Shown here in pieces: positions 50,665 through 64,000 of a stretch of 64,000 bases of DNA. A program made the position numbers and the translations under genes. The stretch spans positions 9,188,894-9,252,893 of the forward strand of contig CM082589.2 in assembly GCA_040954595.2 (NCBI GenBank), read 5' to 3'. A model generated the notes under the pieces. The model did no database searches. It worked only from the letters and a program-made list of their open reading frames with translations, and was not told the origin of the DNA. This stretch comes from Balanoglossus misakiensis (taxonomy: Eukaryota > Animalia > Hemichordata). Positions within the stretch are counted from its first letter, which is position 1; each line of letters begins with the position of its first letter.

Positions 50665-50910
50665 TCAACAGCAACAACAAAAACAACAAGCTAGCGGTAC
50701 ACAAGCAACCATTCCACCACCACCACCACAACAACAACAACCAGCAGCAACACAACAAACATGGCAACAACAACAGCAGTTCTTACAACAACAGCAATCA
50801 CAACAACAACAACAACAGCTGTTACTAGGACAACAGCCACGGCCGCGACCACAGGTACCTCAGATGGGCTTGGCACCCAGCATGCAACAAACACAGCAAC
50901 AATCAAGTAG
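50665..50910 (+). repeat. (CAA/CAG/CAC)n low-complexity tract, possibly a decayed polyQ/polyH exon
   Basis: Triplet repeats with frame slips. Confidence 0.6.
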
Positions 50911-51247
50911 TAGTCTGCTGGCTGATGACATGAGTCTTTTTGATATTCTGAATCAATAAATTCATACAGGAAACTGACTATAATGAACACGAGACTGTAG
51001 ACTTTAATTAAACAGATCAAATAACACAGAATGGTTATTCCAGTGTAGTAACAGAATAGACTTGTTCTGTACTAATTCTTGCATTAGCTTTACTTTGTTT
51101 CCATCGTAATACCTTATTTCAATATGACCATATTTGTATGCGAGACAGATGTAACTGGTTGTCAGTGTCTATCGTAATACAAAGTCTGCCATACACAAAG
51201 CAACTATGCATTGTCTTCTGGTGTGAAAAAAAGATACTTAGGATGTA

Positions 51248-51439
51248 CTGTAAAACAGGAAATTTTCACGAGCGATAAATTTGCATGAATCATGCAAGAG
51301 CCAAAATAACCTGAAAACTAAAAAGTCGCAAAAAAAATGTTTTTCTGAAATAATGATGAATTGAAATTCGAGAATGCGAAAATTAATCATTACATAACAG
51401 TCGCCACTTTTGATATTGCGAAAATTTCATGTTTTACAG
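51248..51439. mobile_element. TA-flanked MITE (related copies ~2263-2489, ~4930-5123)
   Basis: ctgtaaaaca...tgttttacag TIR with TA flanks. Confidence 0.7.
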
Positions 51440-51482
51440 TATATACCCATTTTTTCTGCTTCCAAAACGAACATTTAGAGTC

Positions 51483-51767
51483 ATGCATGCCACTGGCCCA
51501 ATAAAGCCTGATAGCCCTTGCTGGGAATTGTGATGTAACTAGCATCCCCCTTGAAGTCACGCACATAAACTGATCAATGGTGATTGTGTGTAAAGATACA
51601 GTGAAGGCAAGGCTAATCTAAAGTCAAAATGGTACTCATCCTTAACAACACATGTATCCTTTGACCAATCAATGGAAAAAAAGTCTGTGATTGACTTCAA
51701 AGTGGTATTAATTACATCACAATTCCCAGCAAGGGGTATCGTGCTTTATTGGGGCAGTGGCATGCAT
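51483..51767. mobile_element. MITE with ~55-bp imperfect TIRs
   Basis: atgcatgccactg...ttgctgggaattgtgatgtaa and its reverse complement. Confidence 0.7.
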
Positions 51768-54589
51768 ATTTTTTGGAAGCAAAGCTGACAAAATACAGCT
51801 ATATACTAGAATAATGTTTCATTAATGCCTGATTATTAAACTGGAGAACGTATCTCTAAAATTGCTCTCTATTTCTCCCTCAGGGAAAAGAGCAATAGAC
51901 AAAACTTTGAGTGACAGATCTTCCAGTTGTGTACTTATCATTTGTATTACCCAATCACAGACTTTGTGTTATTGGTCATTTATCTGTCCAATTTTAATAC
52001 TCTTGTGTTCAGTGGAGCATTACACCAAAGAAGTCACACTATGACAGTGACAATAAAACACTTGCAAAAACATGGATTGCTCAGGTCAGCCTATCTGGTT
52101 ACAGATTACCTGTGAAACAACTAATCCAGCTATAATGAATGTGTTTCATTATATACAGAGAATTGTAGGTTGTATGAGACGTGTTAATATCACACTCTAG
52201 CATGGGGCAATGTTCACACGTTTATATTTATCATGTGAAAGCCACAAAGTCACCAGCTCTTGATGTTCATTTTTTTGGAATAATTTGTTATGATCTGATT
52301 GCTGAAAATTGAATTGAAGCTGAACCTACAGCATATGTGTGGACATAACATGTTTATACTTCCATGTAGTAATTTGTGTTACAGCCAAACAATTAAATAA
52401 CACCATTATAACAAAATTAACGAAACTCACCCCAGGGCTATCACTAATTTGAAGGGATGCTGATCCAGAGTTAATGGTTCATTGGGGAGTCTAACAGTGT
52501 TTTGAAATGTCACATTGTAATTTGAAAGTTTAGGCTTGGGTAGTGACAATGTTATTACATTATTGTGTACAAAATTTGAATGGAGCTCTATGAAAAGAGA
52601 AAAGTGGTGTGTGGAAAAAATCAGTCTCTGTGCTAATATCAAGTGCCTTCATTCGACTCTCAAGGAAAGTTTGGTAAAACAATTAACTTTTTCTGTGTCA
52701 GCATTATTGGGAAAGATTAAGCCCACACATGTATTCAATTGAGATAAAAATGGAAAATTACCATCAGCCTTTTTTCTTAGCACTCTCACCTTTCACCCAA
52801 TTCCCTGTGTAGACATCCAACTTTCCAGCAGGAAACAATGGATTTGGACCGAACCATTCGTTCACTTGAATATATATGTAATATCTGTATGTATGTAACA
52901 ACTGTATTCTTTGCAGTCATCATTTAATCATTTATTCATGAGAACACCTTTCTAGTAATGATAGAACTTACAGTCTATTTGATGATCTCAATTATATGCA
53001 AACCACCAGGATGTTTCATTTGACTAATGAACTCAAGGTAATGCGCCACCATAGTGTAGATTGCTGATATAAAAGGACACCATGCATATGCTTAGTCAGT
53101 TCACCTCTGTATCCAGACCGGCCACATGTATGAACTGAAGATGTCTATGTTCAATTTCAGGTTAGTTTTCCTTGTACTTTACCTGTAGCTTGAAGCATTT
53201 TTATATAGGTGCATTCTACTGGCTCATTTTAGCACAAGTAATTGGTGTCTGAACTTGCGTCAAGTCTTCAATTGTACTTCTGTATTTTTCACTTGCATGA
53301 ATTTTTGTGTATTCTGCTGTAGGTGAACTCCCATACATGTGTGTAATTTAGCAGTTCACCTGTGTAGCCAGACCGGCCACACATGTGAACTGATGATGTC
53401 CCTGTTCAATTTCAGTTAAGAAATGTCATAGGCCTATGTCTTGTGAAACCTTTAAACAATTTTGGTGTGTTTTGTGGTGAACGGCGACACCCGTGACAAG
53501 TATGTTAGAATCAAACTATTAGATGCATGTGAAGAAATATAGTCTGTTATAAGGAAGTGACTGGAGTGAAGGAGACCTCGTACGACGAAAAGTACTTTAA
53601 TAGACTCGAAATGCACTCAAATTACAATCGAGATATAATGCATTTATATATGCTTAAAAAGGTAAATTAATGAATGGTGTCAACAAAATAAACGTTCATG
53701 ATACATTTAGATCATTTTCTCGTCCAGCTAGGGGGTTCAACGTCAAAAGGAAAGTTTACTATTCAAATGCAAATAAAGTCATTAAAGAGTCCTAATCTCT
53801 TCTATCCAGTGACCATAGTAGCCAAACAATTAAAATCACATGTTTTTAATATCAATATTCACATACATTGCTTTTTACTTTTCTTGAATTTCCTAACATT
53901 TTTTTTATTTTAACAAAAACAAGAGCCTTTCATGACCACTTATTGACTTTCGAAAATATTTCATGTAATCAGCCATTCATTTTATGTGTGTGTGAAGAAT
54001 GACCCTCTGAGGCTGTTGAATCATGTATAGTGCTGAAGGGGAGGGGGGGGGACACCATTCCTCAATTTTGTTGATTTTGCATAAGATGCTAAGTTGGTAT
54101 TTTCCACATATTGCTTTTTGTACTGAGAATTACTTAGTTCTTAAGAAGAGCTTTTGACTAACATTTCATTGTATTTACAAGACTGCCAGAGTATGTAAAT
54201 ATTATGTGCAGCATTAGGAAGGAATATCTTTGATATTTTTATTCCAACAATTTTCCTATCATGATAAATAAGTAGACAGATATATCATGTTAGGATTTTT
54301 GCATACTTAAAATAAATATTCTGATAAAATGAGTGCTTTTGTCTGTCTCTTTGATTTCAGGTGAGGATAAGTATTTGTTGTTGCTTTTCCTGCACAGATT
54401 CCAATCAGAAGGCAATTGTGATGACCAGTATGTTCTGTCTAATTGAAGTTTGAGTTTTCTTAGGACCTGAATATCGCTCTAACAAATGGTTTGCTTTCAG
54501 ATGTGGAGTTAAGCGCTGGTGATAGTTTTGGCTATTCTGTTCTCTCACTTTGGCTGTTCTGTTCTCTGTTTTTGTCTGATCTCGGACAC

Positions 54590-55170
54590 ATTAGCTGAAA
54601 ACTACTGGTCAGATTTCTTTGAAAATTGGTATGCATATAGCTTCTGCCAACATCACAGAGCTCTATAAGTTTTGACCTTATATCGTGAATTTTCTACTTT
54701 TTATGACTTTTGTCATTTTTTTCCACATCTTCTATGAAAGTGATTGGTCGATTTCTCTAAAAAAATTCAGTATAAAGCTTCCTATAGGTGATCTTTGTTT
54801 TTTTTTTTTCAAATTGTTGCTAAGTTTGCGTATTTGTAATTATGGGCCAAATTTTGCAATTTTTGGTCAAAAATCGTTTTCTCGGAAATCGCTTGTCAGA
54901 TTGCTTTGAAAATTGGTAGGCATGTTTTCAGGGTTAAGCAATTGTGAGTTGTGTTAAAATTTTGCTGAAATGTGCATATTTATGTTCTTGAGGTAGGGCC
55001 TAACTGTTGCAATTTTTCGTCAGAAGTTTTTGTCCTTGAAACCACTTGTTAGATTGCTTTGAACTTCGGTAAGCATGTTCCTTATACTGATTGATGTAAG
55101 ATATTGTACAATTTTGGTGATGTTTGAATATTTGAGTTTGGCAGTTTTGGGACAGTTTTTTGAAATTAGG
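54590..55170. repeat. Degenerate tandem subrepeats of Helitron/Helentron-N type (related tract 58340-58680)
   Basis: Recurrent agattgctttgaaa(a)ttggtaggcatgtt motif at ~150-bp spacing; family assignment from recall only. Confidence 0.5.
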
Positions 55171-58100
55171 TCATATCAGCTCGTGTGGTATTAGGTCAAT
55201 AACAACAAATTAAGTCCAAACGTTGGCCACGCTTCCTACTGTAATATAGCACAAGTATGAAAAAACGACCAGTTTGTGTTACGTTACCTGCTTTCATTGA
55301 GAGCAGCGCCCGCAAGTGAGTTTTTTTAGAAAATTTGATCAAATTCATGATGAATCGAATTGAATCGACGTTTATTCCAACTGGGAGCACTTTATAGACT
55401 ACAAAGTTGTTTTGTTAGATGGGTAAAATTTAAGACCACTCGACCAATGCAGAGCGAAGTTGTCAAAATCGACGAAACAAAGCGAGAAAATGGCAATTTG
55501 CGCTGTCGACATATTTCTTCTCCTGCCTCGAATTATCAATCCCATGGAACCCCCCCCCCCCCCCCGGCGCGCCTGAAAAAAATATATATCAATCAGGGAT
55601 CATCATAAAACTCGACTATGAATCGGACATGAAATCAAACTCGACGATGGAAAAGCAGCCGATTCCGAGATAAACGCATCCCGATAGGATGAGAACTCCG
55701 CCATGTGACTTCATCTAATTTCTCTGCAAACATGGAGGGGTTGTACGTTGGTAATGTGTTTACAAAGCAAAGTTAAGACATAAGTCCGAACATGACCGTG
55801 GTCCGAAGCTTGGACACTCTTATCAAACAGAGCAGTACAGTGTGTGGAGACATCGCCCGTAAGACACACCACCGGCCCTGCCACACTGAGCTGCAATATG
55901 CTCTTGGCTCGTAGCCGTCCCAGTCGGTAACAAGTCGTTACGGCACTTATTCTTATCGGTTCGGCCTTTAATGTACGCGACCCCGGCCGTTTCGTCCTAG
56001 CTGCAAACCGATTCTTCAATTTGCAGTTCAGTAAAGTTGGCGAACGGGATAGTCTGTTAACGGAAAACGCAGGCCTATACACAGTGCTGGCGAACGGGAC
56101 AAAAGGCCACAATAAAAGCGAGCGTGTTGTCAGATCAGTGGGACTATCATAACACGAATACATAACATGTGGAAGGGCTAGGCCTAATTTTCTCCTGAGA
56201 AAGTTCAATTCGTGTTCTGTCGATGTGAAATTGCGTTTATTTAATGCTTTTTGTAATAACATTTATGACTTTCATTTATGGTGCGATTATAATATCCGGA
56301 ATATCATCGTATGTCACAACAATGCACTTCGAAGACTTCTTGGTCACCCGGACACGAAAGTGCCTCTAAAATATTTGTTCTAAACGCCGTAAACTGCTTC
56401 TCCGTCATGAGAAGAAAAGTCGCTTTTAATTTTTCTGTTCGTCTCTGTACTAGTCCCAATGTTTTGATCAATCGTCTTGTCTCATGAGATATGCGCTTTT
56501 ATGGACTACATACCCACTGGATTGACATTTTACATTGATTCTTAAAACTATTATATTTTTTACATTTATTTTATTTATTACTTTTCTAGTGTTTTTGTCA
56601 GTTTTTGTAACCTATTTCTATGGACGGTTGTGTCTGAAATAAAGATAAATAATAATCATAATAATAATAAAATAATAATTACGATCCCGAGATTACGATA
56701 AGCATAGGGACATTATAACGAGCCAACGTGAAACTGACATGGAAACGATCGACAGTACGGTAGAGCACAGTGACTGCTGGTAGAGCGAGCGTGTTGCTGT
56801 GCGGGAGGCATTTACCATGTTTGTTTACAACACACACCGACATGACCTGTGGCCGCAGTTGCAGCCTCCTAAGCGACCTAACCCAAGCAGTTTACGATCT
56901 CGGGTATCGTGGTCTGACTGACCAAAATGACACAAAAAGAGAAACACATTAGGAAGTATTATAGCTCTGTTTCCTCGAAGTCGAATAAGTGTTCACAACA
57001 CAAGGCACATCAAACCCGTTGCTCAGACATCGGAAGTTTGCAGTTCGCTTGCCTGGTTTGAAATGCGTGGCTGTGGTAGAAATTACCCACTGTGCCCCCC
57101 CCCCCGATTTTATTGTGTAGATAATGAGGCACTCACACTCAAAAAGCAAATGAGATATTCTTTAGAATGCGAGCATGTTCCAGAGCGTTCTAAAGAAATA
57201 AAATATGCAGCTGTAGCATGTATGCATATTCATTAGTGTGTCGTAATGCTAACTTTGGTCTGTGATTGGGTAACACGTTCTACTCACCATAACAACAGGT
57301 GATCATTGATCCGTTTCCGGTGTGCGACGCCGGGTTTCGACCACTTTCCTTCTACTTGCCGCGGGATCAAGACGTCTTTTCGGTAGGCTCATAATCGAAT
57401 CATTGCTTTTAGTACAATAGCCTATTTAGCTATGTTACCGTCACTCGATTGTTTTGTCTGGTATTGGGTGACTTGCAGCTATCCGTACAACACCTTGTAG
57501 TTGAACAGAAGTAGGTTTAATTCCAGAAACAATTCCGAGCTACGGGCGTGCAGCTAGCCTCTCGGCTATTCTGGGTATGGCTGCGCTGGCTCCCGAATCA
57601 GGAGACCAGGAAGTCATAATCGAGAAAGTCTAGTCATATTTATAGGGTTATATTTTGTGAGAATTTTATTGCTAGGCCTCTTGCCTAAGCGCACGTAGGG
57701 CCAGTTTGTGAGATTGAAAAGGATGGCAGCGCTGCAGGATGTTTAGTGTCAAAATAGTCGACCATACTGTCGAACGGTTGTGGCAAAATGGCACGTCACT
57801 GTGGCGACATAAGGTACGGGTAGAACGTTTTTCTCTGGAAAGTCTCTTTGCTGGTGGACGGAACGATAGTTCCATACGTATAGTCTTTGTTTAGCGGAAG
57901 GTCAGGAAACCACGGTATTTTTCCATACATAATTCCATACGTTCTTTGAGGTTTTTATATGAGTCACCTCGGTGTTTGCAGGTGTTTTTTTTTTAATTTT
58001 ACGGTTTAAACGTGGTTGGTGTATTTTCGCTTTTCTGGTGAGATTTCCACCTCTCCGTTGGCATACTTAAAAAATTATCCTAATTTTTATTGGGAAAACC

Positions 58101-59485
58101 GATAAAACCAAAACCACAACTAAAGAAAATGTCTTAAACATTTTAACTTAGGCATTGTAATCTGTTTGGTGATAACCCTTTTAGCTTTGAGAGATAACCG
58201 ATTTGATGTTTTAGTATAAGCCAATTTTTTGACCAGGGCGACAAGGATTTTTTCTCCTAGAGTCGTGTTGCTTGGAAGCATACTTTTGTATGTGTGGTCC
58301 CAGTTGATGAAAACCTGGTTGATGAAAAATGTGCATATTTATAATTTTGTAGCAATTTTTGCCATTTTTGGTCAAAAATTGTTTCCTCTAAAACCGCTTG
58401 TGAGATTGCTTTCAAATTTGGTAGGCTTGTTCCTTGGGGATAATTAAATGAGATGTTTAAAAAAAATACTTGAAATTTACATATTTGCGTTTTGTGTGTG
58501 AAAGTTGTGGAATTTTTCATCAAAAATTATTTTCTTTCAAACTGCATGTCAGATCGCCTTGAGCTTTGGTAGGCATGTTCCCTGAAGCGATTGAAGTAAG
58601 ATATTATACAATTTTGGAGAAAATACTGATTTTTCTGAAACTGCATATGGGATTGCTTTGAAATTTGATAGTATTATTGCAATGGGTAACCCAAGTTTTG
58701 TCTGATTGTGTTGATTACCCTATACTGAGACTCACTAAGTACACTATATGTTTATATTACTAGGGAGTTCAGAATCCAATATGGCCACCATTCAAAGTGG
58801 GACATGCTGTATAATCTGATTGATTTCTAAACTTGTCATATTTTAATTTCTCGGTCTTGCAAATAAAAATAAAATGCCAAAAACTGAGTAACTTTCGTTT
58901 CTTCCCGCTTGTTAACGTCATATGTTGGTGTTGTCCATTACAACGATTATCATCTAAGCGTCCCGAAACACTGATAAGAACTCCAATATAATTAGCCAGA
59001 GTAAACTGAGATTTTTATGCTGAAGTCGGCATATGGTCTTTTTCCTCCTACTGGGAAAGTGGCTAGAGTCAATCAGTGCATAACGGCAGCATTACATGGC
59101 ACTGAATAAATGGCAGGGGTATTTACATCTCTGTATTTTTTCACTTAAACCATTATAAATCTCTAACAGTATATTATAATATTGTGTATGCAACTTGGAG
59201 ATGCGTTTTACTTCAGAGTTGGAAGTATTTTTTAGTAAAGTCTGGGAAGTGACATGTCTTCAAAGTGATTGATGTTATCTGCTAAGAGCTGAATGCCCAT
59301 GGGTGTTCTTTCCTAGATTTTACATTTTCTTAGCATTTCATAGACCTGTGTATAATTATAATTTCAGTTATATATTCTAATTTGAGTTTAGGAAGGGTAT
59401 GCATGGAATTAAAGTAATTATTCTGTAATTACCTAACCAAATATGTTGTCTAACTAATGGATATTTTGATTGTCAATTTGCACAG

Positions 59486-59712
59486 GCAACATTATTGAAG
59501 TAGCATTAAGAGTAGTTGATAATATAGCAGAGCTTCTAACTGGAAAGAAGAGCTTAGTAAATTTATCAGCTCATAATATTCCTTTAACCAATGAACTTTA
59601 TATGAACTTGCACACCTGCGTTAAAGATACAGGGATTAATGTTCAGGAAACCTTACCAGCTCTAGTAAATTTATTTGAGCCAGAAATTGAATTACCAAAA
59701 AAAAATCAGTAA
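59486..59712 (+). CDS. Putative terminal exon of unknown gene (copies 60892-61118, 63636-63964)
   Basis: aatttgcacag| acceptor; open phase-1 frame GNIIEVALRVVDNIAELLTGKK...; no recognised domain. Confidence 0.4.
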
Positions 59713-61747
59713 TTTCATAAAGACACAGTCAGAAAAGAAACAGAGAAAGCCAGCAAGGAAGGGAGAAAAGTGGAATACATGAACGACACAGTTTGCTTAA
59801 AATACGTGTGTGTGCTGTAAAAACTGTATGGTGCAACGGCGTCAATTTTTATGATTTATAAGCAGCCAGTCTTTCCATGCATATCATACCAAAATTTAAT
59901 ATGAAATTCTTGTTAATGTTAATAGTCTACAAGGATAGTACAGGTAACATGTTGAAATTAAACTATCAAACTTTCTCCACTTTTGATATCCGCTCGACAC
60001 AGGCAAGCAAAAGGGCCGATCTGAGACTATGACTTGAATGATGCCAATTTTTGCTGTCCAGAAGTAACTGTATAGCATTTATTTGGTAGTAATATCAGCT
60101 TTATGATTGCTAAAAATACATCAGAATTTAAATATTTCCACTTACTACAGTGATTGAACTGATTTTCAGCAAATTGCAGTGTATAAACAAATATTGCCAT
60201 CTAATGAAATGTCAACCCAATTAAGGCCGCCTATTTGCAATGGTAAAATGCTAGGTTTACCATATTTGAGCGCCTGGGAATTTAAATTATAATCCAGATA
60301 TCAAAAACTTAAGTCACTATCTGTATCTGCACATATATTGTAATATAATCTGAAAATTTCGTGAAAATTAGATCAAACATGATCGAGACACAGAAGATCA
60401 AACATTGCAAATTTTCATATTTTACCATGGTGCCATGCAAAAAATAGAGAGATTTTTTTTACAAGTTTAGATGATCTCCTGTAAAACTGAAAGAAGTAAT
60501 CTTCTGTGAATCTTGCATTTTTATGTTGGAACCATGCAAACCAGTTTGGCCCCTGCAATGCAGCATGTTGCTTTAATTGTCTTCTTCATGGTTGCCATAT
60601 TGGATTTTTTGGAGATGCGTTTCACTTCAGAGTTTTTTTAGTAAAGTCTTGGAAGTGACATGTCTTCAAAGTGACTGATGTTATCTGCTAAGAGCTGAAT
60701 GCCCATGGGTGTTCTTTCCTAGATTTTACATTTTCTTAGCATTTCATAGACCTGTTTATAATTATAATTTCAGTTATATATTCTAATTTGAGTTTAGTTA
60801 GAGTATGCATGGAATTAAAGTAATTATTCTGTAATTACCCAACCAAATATGTTGTCTAACTAATGGATATTTTGATTGTCAATTTGCACAGGCAACATTA
60901 TTGAAGTAGCATTGAGAGTAGTTGATAATATAGCAGAGCTTCTAACTGGAAAGAAGAGCTTAGTAAATTTATCAGCTCATAATATTCCTTTAACCAATGA
61001 ACTTTATATGAACTTGCACACCTGCGTTAAAGATACAGGGATTAATGTTCAGGAAACCTTACCAGCTCTAGTACATTTATTTGAGCCAGAAGTTGAATTA
61101 CCAAAAAAAAATCAGTAATTTCATAAAGACACAGTCAGAAAAGAAATAGACAAAGCCAGCAAGGAAGGGAGAAAAGTGGAATACATGAAAGACACAGTGT
61201 GCTTAAAATACATGTGTGTGCAGTAAAAACTGTATGGTGCAACGGCGTCCATTTTCATGATTTATAGCCAGCCAGTCTTTCCATGCATATCATACCAAAA
61301 TTTAATATGAAATTCTTGTTAATGTTAATAGTCTACAAGGATAGTACAGGTAACATGTAGAAATTAAACTATCCAACTTTCTCCACTTTTGATATCCACT
61401 CGACACAGGCAAGCAAAAGGGCCGATCTGAGACTTTGACTTGAATGATGGCAATTTTTGCTGTTCAGAAGTAACTGTATAAAATGTTTTTGGTAGTAATA
61501 TCAGCTTTATGATTGTTAAAATACACAAGACTTTAAATATTTCCACTTACTACAGTGATTGAACTGATTTTCAGCAAATTGCAGTGTATAAAAAAATATT
61601 GCCATCTAATGAAATGTCAACCCAATATGGCCGCCCATTTGCAATGGTAAAATGCTATGTTTACCATATTTGAGCGCCTGGGAATTTAAATTATAATCCA
61701 GATATCAAAAACTTAAGTCACTATCTGTATCTGCACATATATTGTAT

Positions 61748-62190
61748 TATAATATACCTCATGCTAATACTGTGCCGTGATTCGCCAGAATCCGTCACGT
61801 GATAGGAAAATAGAATCGACTATGAACCGTTAGGGAAATAGCAGAAAAAATATAAACCGGTCACATGACAAACGTGGTCACGTCAATCAGCGTCGCGTCT
61901 GACACAATGGCCACCGCTGAAGATGTCGTCTGCCAACCTCAAGAGAAAATTGCATGATTTTCCAAACTGTCAGCATGAGGTTTATTATAAAACACCTATA
62001 GCCTGGCCTATATTCGGGCCATAGCAGCCGTTTTTACCCCCACGTGGCTGTGAGTTACCAGAATCATACGCTATTTCCCTCGGCCTGCGGCCTCGGGAAA
62101 TAGCATATGATTCTGGTAACTCACAACCCCTCCGGTGTAATAAACGGCCGCTATGGCCCTCATGGCCAGGCAATAGGTGTTCAATATAAT
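61748..62190. mobile_element. Non-coding double-inverted-repeat element flanked by TATAAT (Crypton-like, tentative)
   Basis: Absent at the empty site 60344; ~200-bp hairpin 61986-62189 centred on ggcctgcggcc; second pair tataatatacctcatgct/agcatgaggtttattata. Confidence 0.7.
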
Positions 62191-64000
62191 CTGGAAATTT
62201 CGTGAAAATTAGATAAAACATGATTGAGACACGGAACATCAAACATTGCAAATTTTCATATCTTACCATGGTGCCATGCAAAAAATAGAGAGATTTTTTT
62301 ACAAGTTTAGATGATCTCCTGTAAAACTGAAAGAAGTAATCTTCTGTGAATCTTGCATTTTTATGTTGGAACCATGTTAACCGCTTTGGTCCCTCAAATG
62401 CTGCTTTTAGTAAATGTTTTAATTGTCTTCTTCATGGCGGCCATATTGGATATTTGGATAACCTTTAAAAGTTGACATTTTTTTCAAAAACTACAGGGCC
62501 AATCAAGTTCTAATTTACTGTGCGGTTCAATGTTTGACAATAATATCATTAGTGGTCATGTGGCTTTGGATTTTTGAAAAAACATCATTAAAACATTTCA
62601 AAAATCTATTTCTAATCAAGTTTTCAAGTAAATTGTGATTGGGTAAACCTTATTGAAGCCAAATTGGATTTTCTGATCTCCAATAAAAGACTAAAATTTC
62701 CTATTTCTAGCCTGCTCATTGAAACCACACAAATTCTTTTTATGGATATGAGTCACCATATGACCAGAATATATCACAATTATTAGACTACTTTCACATG
62801 TTCTTTGATCAAGTTTTTACAGAACTTGATTAAACAATGTGTTTGCGACTCTCGCATGTCCTTTGATCCAGTAATTCCAGAACTTATTTTATGTGGATAT
62901 GCCTCTTGTTAAAAAGCACAGCAGTCATGATTTTGTTCACATGAGTACTGCTGCTGCCAGGAAATAACCAAAATATTTTGCTAATTATGGCAATGACCTT
63001 TGATCTACTTTTCCATAAGTTGGCATGCACAGCAGATACAGTCTTCAAATTTGGAGGACTGAAACACCTAATGAAGTATTAAACTTTAGCACAATAATTA
63101 TGTACATAAGCTATTTCAAGTTAACCAATAGAGCTTAGAAGTCTGGTTTTTTGTTGGACACTGATCAGTTTGATATCAAATTTTGTTAGCACAATTTTGC
63201 ATGACCTCTGGCTTACTTTACCATTTCTTGGCATCCACAACAGAAACAGCCTTCGCTTTCTTTTGGAACCATGCTTACCACTTTGGTCCCTCCAATGCAG
63301 CATGTTGCTTTAATTGTCTTCTTCATGGTTGCCATATTGGATTTTTTGGAGATGCGTTTAACGTCAGAGTTGGAAGTATTTTTAGTAAAGTCTGGGAAGT
63401 GACATGTCTTCAAAGTGACTGATGTTATCTGCTAAGAGCTGAATGCCCATGGGTGTTCTTTCCTAGATTTTACATTTTCTTAGCATTTTATAGACCTGTG
63501 TATAACTATAATTTTAGTTATATATTCTAATTTGAGTTTAGGTCGAGTATGCATGGAATTATAGTTATTATTCTGTAATTACCCAACCAAATATGTTGTC
63601 TAACTAATGGATATTTTGATTGTCAATTTGCACAGGCAACATTATTGAAGTAGCATTGAGAGTAGTTGTTAATATAGCAGAGCTTCTAACTGGAAAGAAG
63701 AGCTTAGTAAATTTATCAGCTCATAATATTCCTTTAACCAATGAACTTTATATGAACTTGCACACCTGCGTTAAAGATACAGGGATTAATTTTCAGGAAA
63801 CCTTACCAGCTCTAGTACAATTTTTTGAGCCAGAAATTGAATTACCCCCCCCCCCCCCAAAAAAAAAAAAAAAAAAAATAAACAAAAATAGTAATTTTAT
63901 AAAGACACAGTCAGAAAAAAAACAGAGAAAGCCAGCAAGGAAGGGAGAAAAGTGGAATACATGAAAGGCACAGTTTGCTTAAAATACGTGTGTATGCAGT

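Larger units (their letters stand above)
59190..64000. repeat. Tandem triplication (~1.4-kb core; units at ~59.2, 60.6 and 63.3 kb)
   Basis: Near-identical ORFs at 59470, 60876 and 63620. Confidence 0.95.

Noticed and set aside
50555-51020. Val-, Trp- or Cys-rich minus-strand ORFs
   Set aside because: Translation of CAA/CAC repeats.
53097-53420. ~65-bp imperfect direct repeat pair
   Set aside because: No TSD, coding or ribozyme features could be supported; likely a local duplication.
55711-56262. 183-aa minus-strand ORF
   Set aside because: No motif or splice support; probably a GC-richer repeat interior.

Overview
AT-rich, intron-containing animal (invertebrate, probably lophotrochozoan; inferred) genomic DNA made mostly of segmental duplications, decaying exons and transposons. 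1-10.8 kb: tandem ~4.53-kb units carrying degenerate S/T/P/Q-rich exons and a Penelope-type minimal hammerhead motif. 11.9-41.8 kb: a duplicated array of phase-1 calcium-binding-EGF exons, many disabled. One intron of that array holds a five-layer nest: MULE-type MITE (9-bp TSD) > CACTA-like element (2-bp TSD) > Ngaro-type tyrosine-recombinase retrotransposon (A1...B1A2B2 split direct repeats; gag, RT-RNaseH, YR) > L2/CR1-group LINE > Harbinger-type MITE (TAA TSD). The Ngaro element shows two expression signals: gag and pol are in one frame separated by a single TAG (candidate readthrough), and a splice donor inside gag joins in frame to an acceptor just before the YR ORF (candidate spliced Gag-YR fusion). 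The rest holds Kolobok-like, Tc1/pogo-like and hairpin-type non-coding elements, a LINE fragment, Gln-rich degenerate exons and a triplicated putative terminal exon. All calls were made by eye; no searches were run.
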